This document shows, in pieces, positions 52,341 to 64,000 of a stretch of DNA of 64,000 nucleotides. The DNA is from Escherichia coli (lineage in GTDB: Bacteria > Pseudomonadota > Gammaproteobacteria > Enterobacterales > Enterobacteriaceae). Every line of letters starts with the position of its first letter. Positions within the stretch are counted from its first letter, which is position 1. The notes beneath the pieces are model-generated. The model did not search any database. It was not told where the DNA came from and saw nothing but the letters and a program-made list of their open reading frames with translations. Both the position numbers and the translations under genes were made by a program. Where the stretch lies: NCBI RefSeq assembly GCF_050920415.1, contig NZ_CP169309.1. One strand, 5' to 3'.

Positions 52341-52459
52341 GCACCAGTTTGGTGCCCCAGAATGGTGCATCTTCAGGGTATTGCCCTATAAATCGTGCAT
52401 CACGTTTTTACCGCATCTCGATAAATCAATGAGTTGCAAAACTGGCACGATTTTTTCAT
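52341..52459. promoter_or_regulatory. glnH sigma54 promoter (TGGCAC-N5-TTTCA at 52444..52459) with upstream NtrC-like site (gcaccagtttggtgc at 52341..52355)
   Basis: -24/-12 element with GG and GC dinucleotides correctly spaced; upstream inverted repeat resembles the NtrC consensus. Confidence 0.65.
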
Positions 52460-52497
52460 ATATGTGAATGTCACGCAGGGGATCGTCCCGTGGATAG

Positions 52498-53259
<762 letters not shown>

Positions 53260-53397
53260 TAATGCTACGCCTGTAAAGCGCACTGGCAGTTCCCTCTCCC
53301 CTCTGGGGAGAGGATTAGGGTGAGGGGCGCAAACCCGCTCCGGGGCCGTTAATTACCCTGAATTTGATTATTTACACCACGGTAACAGGAACAACAT

Positions 53398-54057
53398 ATG
53401 CAGTTTGACTGGAGTGCCATCTGGCCTGCCATTCCGCTTCTGATTGAAGGTGCCAAAATGACCCTGTGGATTTCGGTCCTCGGTCTGGCTGGCGGCCTGG
53501 TGATCGGATTGCTGGCAGGTTTTGCACGCACCTTCGGTGGTTGGATAGCCAACCACGTCGCGCTGGTCTTTATTGAAGTGATCCGCGGCACACCTATCGT
53601 CGTCCAGGTGATGTTTATCTATTTCGCCCTGCCGATGGCGTTTAACGACTTACGCATCGACCCATTTACTGCGGCGGTGGTCACCATCATGATCAACTCC
53701 GGCGCGTACATTGCGGAAATCACGCGTGGTGCGGTGCTGTCTATCCACAAAGGTTTCCGTGAAGCAGGACTGGCGCTCGGTCTTTCACGTTGGGAAACCA
53801 TTCGCTACGTCATTTTACCGCTGGCACTGCGTCGTATGCTGCCGCCGCTGGGTAACCAGTGGATCATCAGCATTAAAGACACCTCGCTGTTTATTGTTAT
53901 CGGCGTGGCGGAACTGACCCGTCAGGGGCAAGAAATTATTGCCGGTAACTTCCGCGCCCTTGAGATCTGGAGCGCCGTGGCGGTGTTCTATCTGATTATT
54001 ACCCTGGTGCTGAGCTTTATTCTGCGTCGTCTGGAAAGAAGGATGAAAATCCTGTGA
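53398..54057 (+). CDS. glnP: Glutamine ABC transporter permease
   Basis: 219-aa hydrophobic ORF. Confidence 0.93.
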
Positions 54058-54776
54058 TTGAATTTAAAAACGTCTCCAAGCATTTTGGTCCAACCCAGGT
54101 GCTGCACAATATCGATTTGAACATTGCCCAGGGCGAAGTCGTGGTGATTATCGGGCCGTCCGGTTCCGGTAAATCTACCCTGCTGCGTTGCATCAACAAA
54201 CTGGAAGAAATCACCTCCGGCGATCTGATTGTCGATGGCCTGAAGGTTAACGATCCGAAAGTTGACGAGCGCCTGATTCGCCAGGAAGCAGGTATGGTGT
54301 TCCAGCAGTTTTACCTCTTCCCGCATCTGACGGCGCTGGAAAACGTCATGTTTGGTCCGCTACGCGTGCGTGGCGCGAACAAAGAAGAGGCGGAAAAACT
54401 GGCGCGTGAGCTGCTGGCGAAAGTCGGTCTGGCAGAACGTGCACATCACTACCCTTCCGAACTTTCTGGTGGTCAACAGCAGCGTGTGGCGATCGCCCGC
54501 GCGCTGGCGGTAAAACCGAAAATGATGCTGTTCGATGAACCGACTTCCGCTCTTGACCCGGAACTGCGCCATGAAGTGCTGAAGGTTATGCAGGACCTGG
54601 CTGAAGAAGGGATGACGATGGTGATCGTGACCCACGAAATCGGTTTTGCCGAGAAAGTAGCTTCGCGCCTTATCTTTATCGACAAAGGCCGGATTGCGGA
54701 AGATGGCGATCCGCAGGTGTTGATCAAGAACCCACCGAGCCAGCGCTTGCAGGAATTTTTGCAGCACGTCTCTTAA
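54054..54776 (+). CDS. glnQ: Glutamine ABC transporter ATP-binding protein
   Basis: Walker [10 protein letters not shown], signature LSGGQQQR; start overlaps glnP stop. Confidence 0.95.
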
Positions 54777-54892
54777 CTTCTCAGCCTCCCTTTCACCCGA
54801 AAGGGAGGAACACCAGATTCCTCTCATTTAAAATCGCCCCTCCTCCAGCATCTATACTTATCTTTTTGCTCTGTTTTCTCACTGGAGGAGTC

Positions 54893-57118
54893 ATGCGGTG
54901 GATCCTGTTCATCCTCTTCTGCCTGCTGGGCGCACCTGCCCATGCGGTATCCATACCCGGCGTTACAACCACAACGACAACGGACTCAACGACTGAACCG
55001 GCCCCGGAACCGGATATCGAACAAAAAAAAGCGGCCTATGGCGCACTGGCGGATGTGCTGGATAATGACACCTCGCGTAAAGAGTTGATCGACCAGTTGC
55101 GCACCGTCGCCGCTACGCCTCCTGCGGAACCCGTACCGAAGATCGTGCCGCCGACGCTGGTTGAAGAGCAAACCGTGCTGCAAAAAGTCACCGAAGTCAG
55201 CCGCCATTATGGTGAAGCCCTTTCCGCCCGCTTCGGACAGCTTTATCGCAATATCACCGGCTCCCCGCATAAGCCGTTTAATCCACAAACCTTCAGCAAT
55301 GCGTTGACCCATTTTTCAATGTTAGTGGTATTAGTGTTTGGTTTTTACTGGCTGATTCGCCTGTGCGCACTTCCGCTGTATCGCAAAATGGGCCAGTGGG
55401 CGCGACAAAAAAATCGTGAGCGCAGTAACTGGTTGCAGCTTCCGGCGATGATTATCGGGGCGTTTATTATCGACCTGCTGTTACTGGCACTGACATTATT
55501 TGTCGGCCAGGTCTTAAGCGACAACCTGAATGCGGGCAGTCGCACCATCGCTTTCCAACAAAGTTTGTTTCTCAACGCCTTTGCCCTGATTGAATTTTTC
55601 AAAGCCGTATTACGCCTGATTTTTTGCCCCAACGTGGCGGAGCTGCGCCCGTTCACGATTCATGACGAGACCGCCCGTTACTGGAGCCGTCGCCTGAGCT
55701 GGTTAAGCAGCCTGATTGGCTATGGCCTGATTGTGGCCGTGCCGATTATCTCTAATCAGGTGAATGTACAGATAGGTGCGCTGGCGAACGTCATCATTAT
55801 GCTGTGCATGACGGTCTGGGCGTTGTACCTGATCTTTCGTAATAAAAAAGAGATTACCCAGCATTTGCTCAACTTCGCGGAGCATTCGCTGGCCTTTTTC
55901 AGCCTGTTTATCCGCGCCTTTGCGCTGGTGTGGCACTGGCTGGCAAGCGCCTATTTTATCGTGCTGTTTTTCTTTTCGTTGTTCGATCCGGGCAACAGCC
56001 TGAAATTTATGATGGGTGCAACGGTACGCAGCCTGGCGATTATTGGTATCGCCGCGTTTGTTTCCGGTATGTTTTCCCGCTGGCTGGCGAAAACCATCAC
56101 TCTCTCGCCACATACTCAGCGTAATTATCCGGAACTGCAAAAACGGCTGAACGGCTGGCTGTCGGCGGCACTGAAAACGGCGCGTATTCTGACAGTCTGC
56201 GTGGCGGTAATGCTGCTGTTGAGCGCATGGGGATTGTTCGATTTCTGGAACTGGCTGCAAAACGGTGCGGGGCAGAAAACCGTAGATATCCTGATCCGTA
56301 TCGCACTCATTCTTTTCTTCTCGGCGGTTGGCTGGACGGTGCTCGCCAGTTTGATCGAAAACCGGCTGGCTTCGGATATTCATGGCCGCCCGCTACCCAG
56401 CGCCCGTACGCGTACCCTGCTGACGCTGTTCCGTAACGCGCTGGCGGTGATTATCAGTACCATCACCATCATGATTGTGTTGTCGGAAATCGGCGTTAAT
56501 ATCGCGCCATTGCTGGCAGGTGCCGGTGCATTGGGGCTGGCTATCTCTTTTGGTTCGCAAACGCTGGTGAAAGATATCATCACCGGCGTGTTTATACAGT
56601 TTGAAAACGGCATGAACACTGGAGATTTGGTGACTATCGGGCCGCTGACCGGCACTGTGGAACGGATGTCGATTCGCTCCGTGGGAGTGCGTCAGGATAC
56701 CGGGGCGTATCACATCATTCCGTGGTCTTCGATTACCACCTTTGCTAACTTTGTCCGCGGCATTGGTTCGGTAGTGGCAAATTACGATGTTGATCGCCAT
56801 GAAGATGCTGATAAAGCCAATCAGGCACTGAAAGAGGCGGTAGCGGAATTAATGGAAAACGAAGAAATTCGCGGGTTGATTATCGGTGAACCGAACTTTG
56901 CCGGGATTGTCGGCTTAAGCAATACCGCGTTTACACTGCGTGTTTCATTCACCACGCTGCCTCTCAAACAGTGGACGGTCCGCTTTGCCCTCGACAGCCA
57001 GGTGAAAAAGCATTTCGACCTGGCTGGTGTTCGCGCGCCGGTACAGACTTATCAGGTGCTGCCCGCTCCGGGCGCGGCCCCGGCTGAACCGCTGCCACCG
57101 GGAGAACCAACGCTTTAA
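54893..57118 (+). CDS. ybiO: Mechanosensitive channel, MscS family (YbiO)
   Basis: 741-aa product from MRWILF with signal peptide, multiple TM helices and MscS-like C-terminal domain; GGAGG RBS. Confidence 0.9.
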   Translation: MRWILFILFCLLGAPAHAVSIPGVTTTTTTDSTTEPAPEPDIEQKKAAYGALADVLDNDTSRKELIDQLRTVAATPPAEPVPKIVPPTLVEEQTVLQKVTEVSRHYGEALSARFGQLYRNITGSPHKPFNPQTFSNALTHFSMLVVLVFGFYWLIRLCALPLYRKMGQWARQKNRERSNWLQLPAMIIGAFIIDLLLLALTLFVGQVLSDNLNAGSRTIAFQQSLFLNAFALIEFFKAVLRLIFCPNVAELRPFTIHDETARYWSRRLSWLSSLIGYGLIVAVPIISNQVNVQIGALANVIIMLCMTVWALYLIFRNKKEITQHLLNFAEHSLAFFSLFIRAFALVWHWLASAYFIVLFFFSLFDPGNSLKFMMGATVRSLAIIGIAAFVSGMFSRWLAKTITLSPHTQRNYPELQKRLNGWLSAALKTARILTVCVAVMLLLSAWGLFDFWNWLQNGAGQKTVDILIRIALILFFSAVGWTVLASLIENRLASDIHGRPLPSARTRTLLTLFRNALAVIISTITIMIVLSEIGVNIAPLLAGAGALGLAISFGSQTLVKDIITGVFIQFENGMNTGDLVTIGPLTGTVERMSIRSVGVRQDTGAYHIIPWSSITTFANFVRGIGSVVANYDVDRHEDADKANQALKEAVAELMENEEIRGLIIGEPNFAGIVGLSNTAFTLRVSFTTLPLKQWTVRFALDSQVKKHFDLAGVRAPVQTYQVLPAPGAAPAEPLPPGEPTL

Positions 57119-58041
57119 CGCTGGCGATTGACAAAACGACGGCGTTGCTCGTCGTTCATAAAGGTCCAGGCAATAAAGCGACTCTGCTTTTGCCCCTGGG
57201 CCATCTCTTTTTTAACCACTTTCACCGCGCCCACGTCCGTCAGAGCACGATACAACGGCGGCAAGTTTTCGCCACGAGATACCAGCGAGGTAAACCACAT
57301 AACCTGCTTCGCGAAGCCTTTGCTCTCTTCAATCATCTTTTTGATAAAAGCGACTTCACCGCCTTCACACCACAACTCCTGTTGCTGACCACCAAAGTTC
57401 AGTGCATCGTCTTTGTTCAGCCCCAGGTTACGGCGTTTACGTTCACTACCTGCCCGTGCCGCAGCGGCGGAATCGTGGAATGGCGGGTTACACAAGGTCG
57501 CGTCGTATTGCTCGTTTTTGTGGATAATACCGTTAAAAATCGCCCCGCTCTCTTTCTGCCGACGCAGACGAATGGCGCGGTTAAGCCCCGGATTAGCACT
57601 GATGATCGCCTGCGCGCTGCTTAACGCCTGGCTGCTGGTTTCACTACCGGTAAAACGCCAGCCATATTCGTGTACGCCAATCAGCGGATAAATACAGTTC
57701 GCACCAACGCCGATATCCAGAATGCTGGCATTAGCTGGAATTGATCCTGTTGCTTCTGCCAGTAAATCGGCAAGGTGATGAATATAATCCGCCCGGCCCG
57801 GTACTGGCGGGCAGAGAAAACCGTCCGGGATATCCCAGTTCGCTACGGCGTAAAAATGGGCCAGCAACGCCTTATTGAGCGCCTTCACCGCCAGCGGATT
57901 GGCAAAGTCTACGCTTTGCTCCCCGGCGGGTGTAAGCGTGAGGAATTGCCTGAGTTCAGGATTCACCTGACAAAGCGTGGCGAGATCGTAGCGGCTGTGA
58001 TGACGGTTGCGCGGATGCAACCCCGGTTTCTGGGCGGACAT
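57115..58041 (-). CDS. rlmF: 23S rRNA m6A1618 methyltransferase
   Basis: 308-aa product from [15 protein letters not shown]; NPPF motif. Confidence 0.9.
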   Translation of the reverse strand: MSAQKPGLHPRNRHHSRYDLATLCQVNPELRQFLTLTPAGEQSVDFANPLAVKALNKALLAHFYAVANWDIPDGFLCPPVPGRADYIHHLADLLAEATGSIPANASILDIGVGANCIYPLIGVHEYGWRFTGSETSSQALSSAQAIISANPGLNRAIRLRRQKESGAIFNGIIHKNEQYDATLCNPPFHDSAAAARAGSERKRRNLGLNKDDALNFGGQQQELWCEGGEVAFIKKMIEESKGFAKQVMWFTSLVSRGENLPPLYRALTDVGAVKVVKKEMAQGQKQSRFIAWTFMNDEQRRRFVNRQR

Positions 58042-58316
58042 AGCATTCTCCTTTAAGCAGCGGCGTAAGATACCCGCATAACGCGACAGGGTAAATATCT
58101 GGCGTCGTGTATCATGCGCAAAATATGCCACTTATCTTGTTACCCCATCAATTCATCATAAAAATCAGCATCATGCATGTCATTGATTTGTCTTATTTGG
58201 TAAAAATATATCGTTCAAAAAATAAGCGCATCTCTGTCAATTTTTTGCGTCATTTTCATCGCCCAGGCGACCTACACTTATCAGGCACTACCCGTTGTAT
58301 TTATGAGGATGTCATT

Positions 58317-58577
58317 ATGAAAAAGTGCCTCACACTACTGATTGCCACCGTCCTGAGTGGAATCTCTCTCACGGCTTATGCCGCGCAACCGATGAGTAAC
58401 CTGGACAGCGGTCAGCTACGGCCCGCCGGTACCGTTTCGGCAACTGGCGCATCAAACCTAAGCGATCTGGAGGGTAAACTGGCAGAAAAAGCGCGCGAGC
58501 AAGGCGCGAAAGGTTATGTCATTAATTCCGCAGGCGGAAATGACCAGATGTTCGGTACTGCAACCATCTACAAATAA
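58317..58577 (+). CDS. mcbA: DUF1471-family periplasmic protein McbA/YbiM
   Basis: 86-aa product with signal peptide; paralogous in sequence to YbiJ in this window. Confidence 0.85.
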   Translation: MKKCLTLLIATVLSGISLTAYAAQPMSNLDSGQLRPAGTVSATGASNLSDLEGKLAEKAREQGAKGYVINSAGGNDQMFGTATIYK

Positions 58578-58589
58578 CCCCACCAACGT

Positions 58590-58625
58590 AACTGCATTCG
58601 CCTCTGGATGCAGTTTTCGCCTGTT
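58590..58625. terminator. Rho-independent terminator-like hairpin after mcbA
   Basis: ctgcat...atgcag stem followed by a T run. Confidence 0.5.
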
Positions 58626-58712
58626 TTGTAATCAAAAAACATCAAATATGAACGCAATGTAAATAAATGTATTTCTTTTTCGCGCAATGGGTGATAGAAA
58701 ATCGCGCCAAGT

Positions 58713-58737
58713 GATAATGCTTATCAAAATTATTATC
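58713..58737. promoter_or_regulatory. Fur box upstream of fiu
   Basis: gataatgcttatcaaaattattatc closely matches the Fur consensus GATAATGATAATCATTATC. Confidence 0.8.
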
Positions 58738-58841
58738 ACTTGCACGAACACTATCACGGGATTAACAGTGGCATCGCATCCGAAGAGAGGCTTTCTCGTG
58801 ACAGTGAAAATTTCAACATATAAGAAAAAGTCACCTGCAAA

Positions 58842-61124
58842 ATGGAAAACAATCGCAATTTCCCTGCCAGACAATTTCATTCGCTCACGTTCTTTGCCGG
58901 TCTTTGTATTGGTATTACGCCTGTGGCACAGGCACTCGCCGCCGAAGGGCAAACTAACGCGGATGACACGCTGGTTGTCGAAGCATCAACGCCTTCGCTT
59001 TATGCACCACAACAATCTGCCGATCCGAAATTCTCGCGTCCGGTAGCGGATACGACCCGCACGATGACGGTGATTTCTGAACAAGTGATTAAAGATCAGG
59101 GTGCAACCAACCTTACCGACGCGCTCAAAAACGTCCCCGGCGTGGGTGCGTTTTTTGCGGGTGAGAACGGTAACTCCACCACTGGCGACGCCATTTATAT
59201 GCGTGGTGCCGATACCTCTAACAGTATTTATATTGATGGCATTCGCGATATCGGCAGCGTCTCGCGCGACACCTTCAATACCGAGCAGGTCGAAGTGATT
59301 AAAGGGCCGTCCGGCACCGACTACGGGCGCAGCGCACCGACGGGCTCGATCAATATGATCAGCAAGCAGCCGCGCAATGATTCGGGCATTGACGCCTCCG
59401 CCAGTATTGGCAGCGCCTGGTTCCGCCGCGGCACGCTGGACGTCAATCAGGTCATTGGTGATACCACCGCGGTGCGCCTGAATGTAATGGGTGAAAAAAC
59501 GCACGATGCCGGACGCGACAAAGTTAAAAATGAGCGTTACGGCGTCGCCCCTTCTGTCGCTTTTGGCCTTGGCACAGCGAATCGTTTGTATCTTAATTAT
59601 CTGCATGTCACCCAGCACAACACGCCAGACGGCGGCATTCCGACCATCGGTTTGCCGGGCTATTCTGCCCCATCGGCGGGAACGGCGGCCCTGAATCATT
59701 CCGGAAAAGTTGATACGCATAATTTTTATGGCACGGATTCCGATTACGATGATTCGACCACCGACACCGCTACCATGCGTTTTGAGCACGACATTAGCGA
59801 GAACACCACTATTCGCAACACTACGCGTTGGTCGCGCGTGAAGCAGGATTACCTGATGACGGCGATTATGGGCGGGGCATCAAATATTACCCAGCCCACC
59901 AGCAATGTGGATAGCTGGACCTGGTCCCGTATTGCGAATACTAAAGATGTGAGTAATAAAATTCTCACCAACCAGACCAACCTGACCTCGACGTTCTATA
60001 CCGGCTCTATCGGTCATGATGTCAGTACCGGCGTGGAATTTACCCGTGAAACACAAACCAACTACGGCGTTAATCCGCTGACGTTACCCGCGGTGAATAT
60101 TTATCATCCTGGCAGCAGCATTCATCCTGGCGGCCTGACGCGCAACGGCGCAAACGCCAATGGTCAGACGGACACCTTCGCAATTTATGCTTTCGATACG
60201 CTGCAAATCACCCGTGATTTTGAGTTGAACGGCGGGATCCGTCTGGATAATTATCATACTGAATATGACAGTGCCACCGCCTGCGGCGGCAGTGGCCGAG
60301 GTGCCGTTACCTGCCCAGCTGGCGTGGCGAAAGGTTCTCCGGTCACCACTGTTGACACCGCCAAGTCTGGCAATCTGGTGAACTGGAAAGCCGGGGCGCT
60401 GTATCACCTGACGGAAAACGGCAATGTCTATATTAACTATGCCGTTTCCCAGCAGCCGCCGGGTGGCAACAACTTCGCCCTTGCGCAGTCTGGCAGCGGT
60501 AACAGTGCCAACCGCACCGATTTTAAACCGCAAAAAGCCAACACCAGCGAGATTGGCACCAAATGGCAGGTTCTGGATAAACGCCTGTTGCTTACCGCCG
60601 CGCTGTTCCGTACTGATATCGAAAATGAAGTTGAGCAAAATGACGACGGAACTTACTCGCAATACGGTAAGAAACGCGTCGAAGGCTATGAGATATCCGT
60701 GGCCGGGAATATCACTCCCGCGTGGCAGGTGATTGGCGGCTATACCCAGCAAAAAGCAACCATCAAAAACGGCAAAGATGTTGCCCAGGATGGTTCCTCA
60801 TCGCTGCCCTATACGCCTGAGCACGCCTTCACGTTATGGAGCCAGTATCAGGCAACCGATGATATTTCCGTTGGTGCGGGCGCACGCTATATCGGCAGTA
60901 TGCATAAAGGTTCTGACGGCGCGGTGGGAACGCCAGCGTTTACCGAAGGTTATTGGGTCGCCGACGCTAAACTGGGGTATCGGGTTAATCGCAATCTCGA
61001 CTTCCAGCTAAACGTCTACAACCTATTTGATACCGATTACGTCGCCTCAATCAACAAGAGCGGCTACCGTTATCACCCGGGCGAGCCAAGAACCTTCCTG
61101 CTCACGGCCAATATGCATTTCTGA
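58842..61124 (+). CDS. fiu: TonB-dependent catecholate siderophore receptor Fiu
   Basis: 760-aa ORF with signal peptide, plug domain and C-terminal aromatic residue. Confidence 0.95.
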   Translation: MENNRNFPARQFHSLTFFAGLCIGITPVAQALAAEGQTNADDTLVVEASTPSLYAPQQSADPKFSRPVADTTRTMTVISEQVIKDQGATNLTDALKNVPGVGAFFAGENGNSTTGDAIYMRGADTSNSIYIDGIRDIGSVSRDTFNTEQVEVIKGPSGTDYGRSAPTGSINMISKQPRNDSGIDASASIGSAWFRRGTLDVNQVIGDTTAVRLNVMGEKTHDAGRDKVKNERYGVAPSVAFGLGTANRLYLNYLHVTQHNTPDGGIPTIGLPGYSAPSAGTAALNHSGKVDTHNFYGTDSDYDDSTTDTATMRFEHDISENTTIRNTTRWSRVKQDYLMTAIMGGASNITQPTSNVDSWTWSRIANTKDVSNKILTNQTNLTSTFYTGSIGHDVSTGVEFTRETQTNYGVNPLTLPAVNIYHPGSSIHPGGLTRNGANANGQTDTFAIYAFDTLQITRDFELNGGIRLDNYHTEYDSATACGGSGRGAVTCPAGVAKGSPVTTVDTAKSGNLVNWKAGALYHLTENGNVYINYAVSQQPPGGNNFALAQSGSGNSANRTDFKPQKANTSEIGTKWQVLDKRLLLTAALFRTDIENEVEQNDDGTYSQYGKKRVEGYEISVAGNITPAWQVIGGYTQQKATIKNGKDVAQDGSSSLPYTPEHAFTLWSQYQATDDISVGAGARYIGSMHKGSDGAVGTPAFTEGYWVADAKLGYRVNRNLDFQLNVYNLFDTDYVASINKSGYRYHPGEPRTFLLTANMHF

Positions 61125-61129
61125 TTCAG

Positions 61130-61155
61130 ATGTGGGGCGCAGGCCCCACTTTTTG
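61130..61155. terminator. Rho-independent terminator after fiu
   Basis: gtggggc-gcag-gccccac hairpin followed by ttttt. Confidence 0.75.
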
Positions 61156-61165
61156 GAGAACTTGT

Positions 61166-61843
61166 ATGATGTACCACATTCCCGGCGTGCTATCGCCAAA
61201 GGACGTCGCCCGGTTTCGCGAACAACTGGAACAAGCCGAATGGGTGGATGGACGCGTCACCACCGGCGCACAAGGCGCGCAAGTTAAGAACAATCAACAG
61301 GTAGACACCCGCAGCACGTTATACGCCGCCCTGCAAAATGAGGTGCTGAACGCGGTTAACCAACATGCTTTGTTCTTTGCCGCGGCCTTGCCGCGTACCC
61401 TTTCCACGCCGCTGTTTAATCGCTATCAGAACAATGAAACCTATGGTTTCCATGTGGATGGCGCAGTACGCAGCCATCCACAAAACGGCTGGATGCGTAC
61501 TGACCTTTCTGCCACACTGTTTTTAAGCGATCCACAAAGCTACGACGGCGGCGAACTGGTCGTTAATGACACCTTCGGACAACATCGGGTAAAACTCCCG
61601 GCAGGCGATCTGGTGTTGTATCCCTCCAGCAGCCTGCACTGCGTGACCCCCGTAACCCGTGGCGTACGGGTGGCATCATTTATGTGGATCCAGTCGATGA
61701 TCCGCGATGATAAAAAGCGCGCCATGCTGTTCGAACTGGACACCAATATTCAGTCGCTGAAAAGCCGCCATGGCGAAAGTGAAGAGATCCTGTCGCTGCT
61801 CAATCTTTATCATAATCTGCTGCGGGAATGGTCGGAGATCTGA
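61166..61843 (+). CDS. ybiX: Fe(II)/2-oxoglutarate-dependent PKHD-type hydroxylase YbiX
   Basis: 225-aa product from [10 protein letters not shown] with HxD...H iron-binding pattern. Confidence 0.9.
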   Translation: MMYHIPGVLSPKDVARFREQLEQAEWVDGRVTTGAQGAQVKNNQQVDTRSTLYAALQNEVLNAVNQHALFFAAALPRTLSTPLFNRYQNNETYGFHVDGAVRSHPQNGWMRTDLSATLFLSDPQSYDGGELVVNDTFGQHRVKLPAGDLVLYPSSSLHCVTPVTRGVRVASFMWIQSMIRDDKKRAMLFELDTNIQSLKSRHGESEEILSLLNLYHNLLREWSEI

Positions 61844-61916
61844 CGCTTGAACTGCCCGAGTTCGTCCCTATATTAGCTACACTTAACTGTACAAGCATTG
61901 ATATGGGGAGGACGAT

Positions 61917-62183
61917 ATGGCATCCGGTTGGGCTAACGATGACGCCGTCAACGAACAGATCAACAGTACAATTGAAGATGCGATTGCTCGTGCCCGGGGT
62001 GAAATTCCGCGTGGCGAGAGCCTGTATGAATGTGAAGAGTGCGGCGCCCCCATCCCGCAGGCCCGTCGGGAAGCCATTCCTGGCGTGCGCTTATGCATTC
62101 ATTGTCAGCAGGAGAAAGATTTACAAAAACCAGATTATACAGGATATAATCGCAGAGGTTCGAAAGACAGCCAGTTACGTTAA
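61917..62183 (+). CDS. ybiI: DksA/TraR-family C4 zinc-finger protein YbiI
   Basis: 88-aa ORF with CxxC-N17-CxxC zinc finger (CEECG ... CIHC). Confidence 0.9.
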   Translation: MASGWANDDAVNEQINSTIEDAIARARGEIPRGESLYECEECGAPIPQARREAIPGVRLCIHCQQEKDLQKPDYTGYNRRGSKDSQLR

Positions 62184-62447
62184 CTACAACTGGCGGGATG
62201 TATAGCGAGTATAATTTGTATTTTGCGTGGCATTCCGTGCCTTTAACGCTGTCGTGACTGCCACGCTGCATAAAACAAGTCCATAAGTTCAACAAATAAA
62301 TGGATTATCAGTATGTTAGATATCAATCAATTTATTTGAACAAGGCGGTCAATTCTCTTCGATTTTATCTCTCGAAAAAAAACGTGATACTCATCACATC
62401 GACGAAACAACGTCACTTATACAAAAATCACCTGCGAGAGATTAATT

Positions 62448-62708
62448 ATGAAAACTATCAATACTGTTGTTGCTGCTATGGCTCTTTCAACTCTGTCATT
62501 TGGCGTGTTCGCGGCGGAACCGGTAACGGCATCCCAGGCACAGAACATGAATAAAATCGGCGTGGTTTCTGCTGATGGCGCATCCACCCTCGATGCCCTG
62601 GAAGCGAAACTGGCTGAGAAAGCTGCGGCAGCTGGGGCGAGTGGATACAGCATCACTTCCGCCACCAACAACAATAAATTAAGCGGTACTGCGGTAATTT
62701 ATAAGTAA
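62448..62708 (+). CDS. ybiJ: DUF1471-family periplasmic protein YbiJ
   Basis: 86-aa ORF with signal peptide; paralogous to McbA. Confidence 0.9.
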   Translation: MKTINTVVAAMALSTLSFGVFAAEPVTASQAQNMNKIGVVSADGASTLDALEAKLAEKAAAAGASGYSITSATNNNKLSGTAVIYK

Positions 62709-62710
62709 TT

Positions 62711-62746
62711 CGTAGGCCGGATAAGGCGTTTACGCTACGTCCAGCA
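62711..62746. repeat. REP element
   Basis: taggccggataaggcgtttacgc REP-like palindrome immediately after ybiJ. Confidence 0.55.
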
Positions 62747-62847
62747 CAAGTATTTCCCTGTCTGTTTGCCGACAGACGCATATGCTCTAACCCTCATTGA
62801 TCCTATGTTACCCTTGTTTGCCCGTCCGTCACTGGACGGGCTTTTTT

Positions 62848-63934
<1,087 letters not shown>

Positions 63935-63942
63935 ATTAACTC

Positions 63943-64000
<58 letters not shown>

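Noticed and set aside
58986-60752. Long minus-strand ORFs (267 aa and 222 aa) within fiu
   Set aside because: Antisense to the TonB-dependent receptor gene; Arg/Gly-rich translations.

Overview
This window is an Escherichia coli-type chromosomal segment, identified by gene content and synteny recalled from memory (no search was run). Host backbone: gsiA (5' fragment), iaaA, moeA, moeB, fsaA, ybiY/pflE, ybiW/pflF, ybiV, ybiU, ybiT, ldtB, ybiR, mntR, then mntS, opgE, ompX, rhtA, dps, glnHPQ, ybiO, rlmF, mcbA, fiu, ybiX, ybiI, ybiJ, ybiC. Between mntR and mntS sits a ~32.3 kb island (about 15161..47439) flanked by an 11-bp direct repeat (tataatatagc), with a tyrosine integrase at the right end. 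It is a P2/186-family temperate myovirus prophage: int, 186-type CI repressor, Apl/Cox, CII, Dam-like methylase, rolling-circle initiator A, Ogr-like activator, portal, terminase, scaffold, capsid, sheath, tube, a lysis cassette, a tail chaperone with a -1 frameshift signal, tape measure, baseplate and tail fibre genes. The most interesting content is AT-rich cargo at both ends of the prophage. Next to attL is an ABC-type ATPase with a C-terminal Toprim-like domain (OLD/PARIS-like architecture), followed by a hexapeptide-repeat acetyltransferase. Between cI and int is a KAP-family P-loop NTPase interrupted at an A7 tract. Both are candidate anti-phage or abortive-infection modules; the ATPase/acetyltransferase pairing does not match any defence system I can name. 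All functional calls rest on motif recognition and remembered homology, not on computed alignments.
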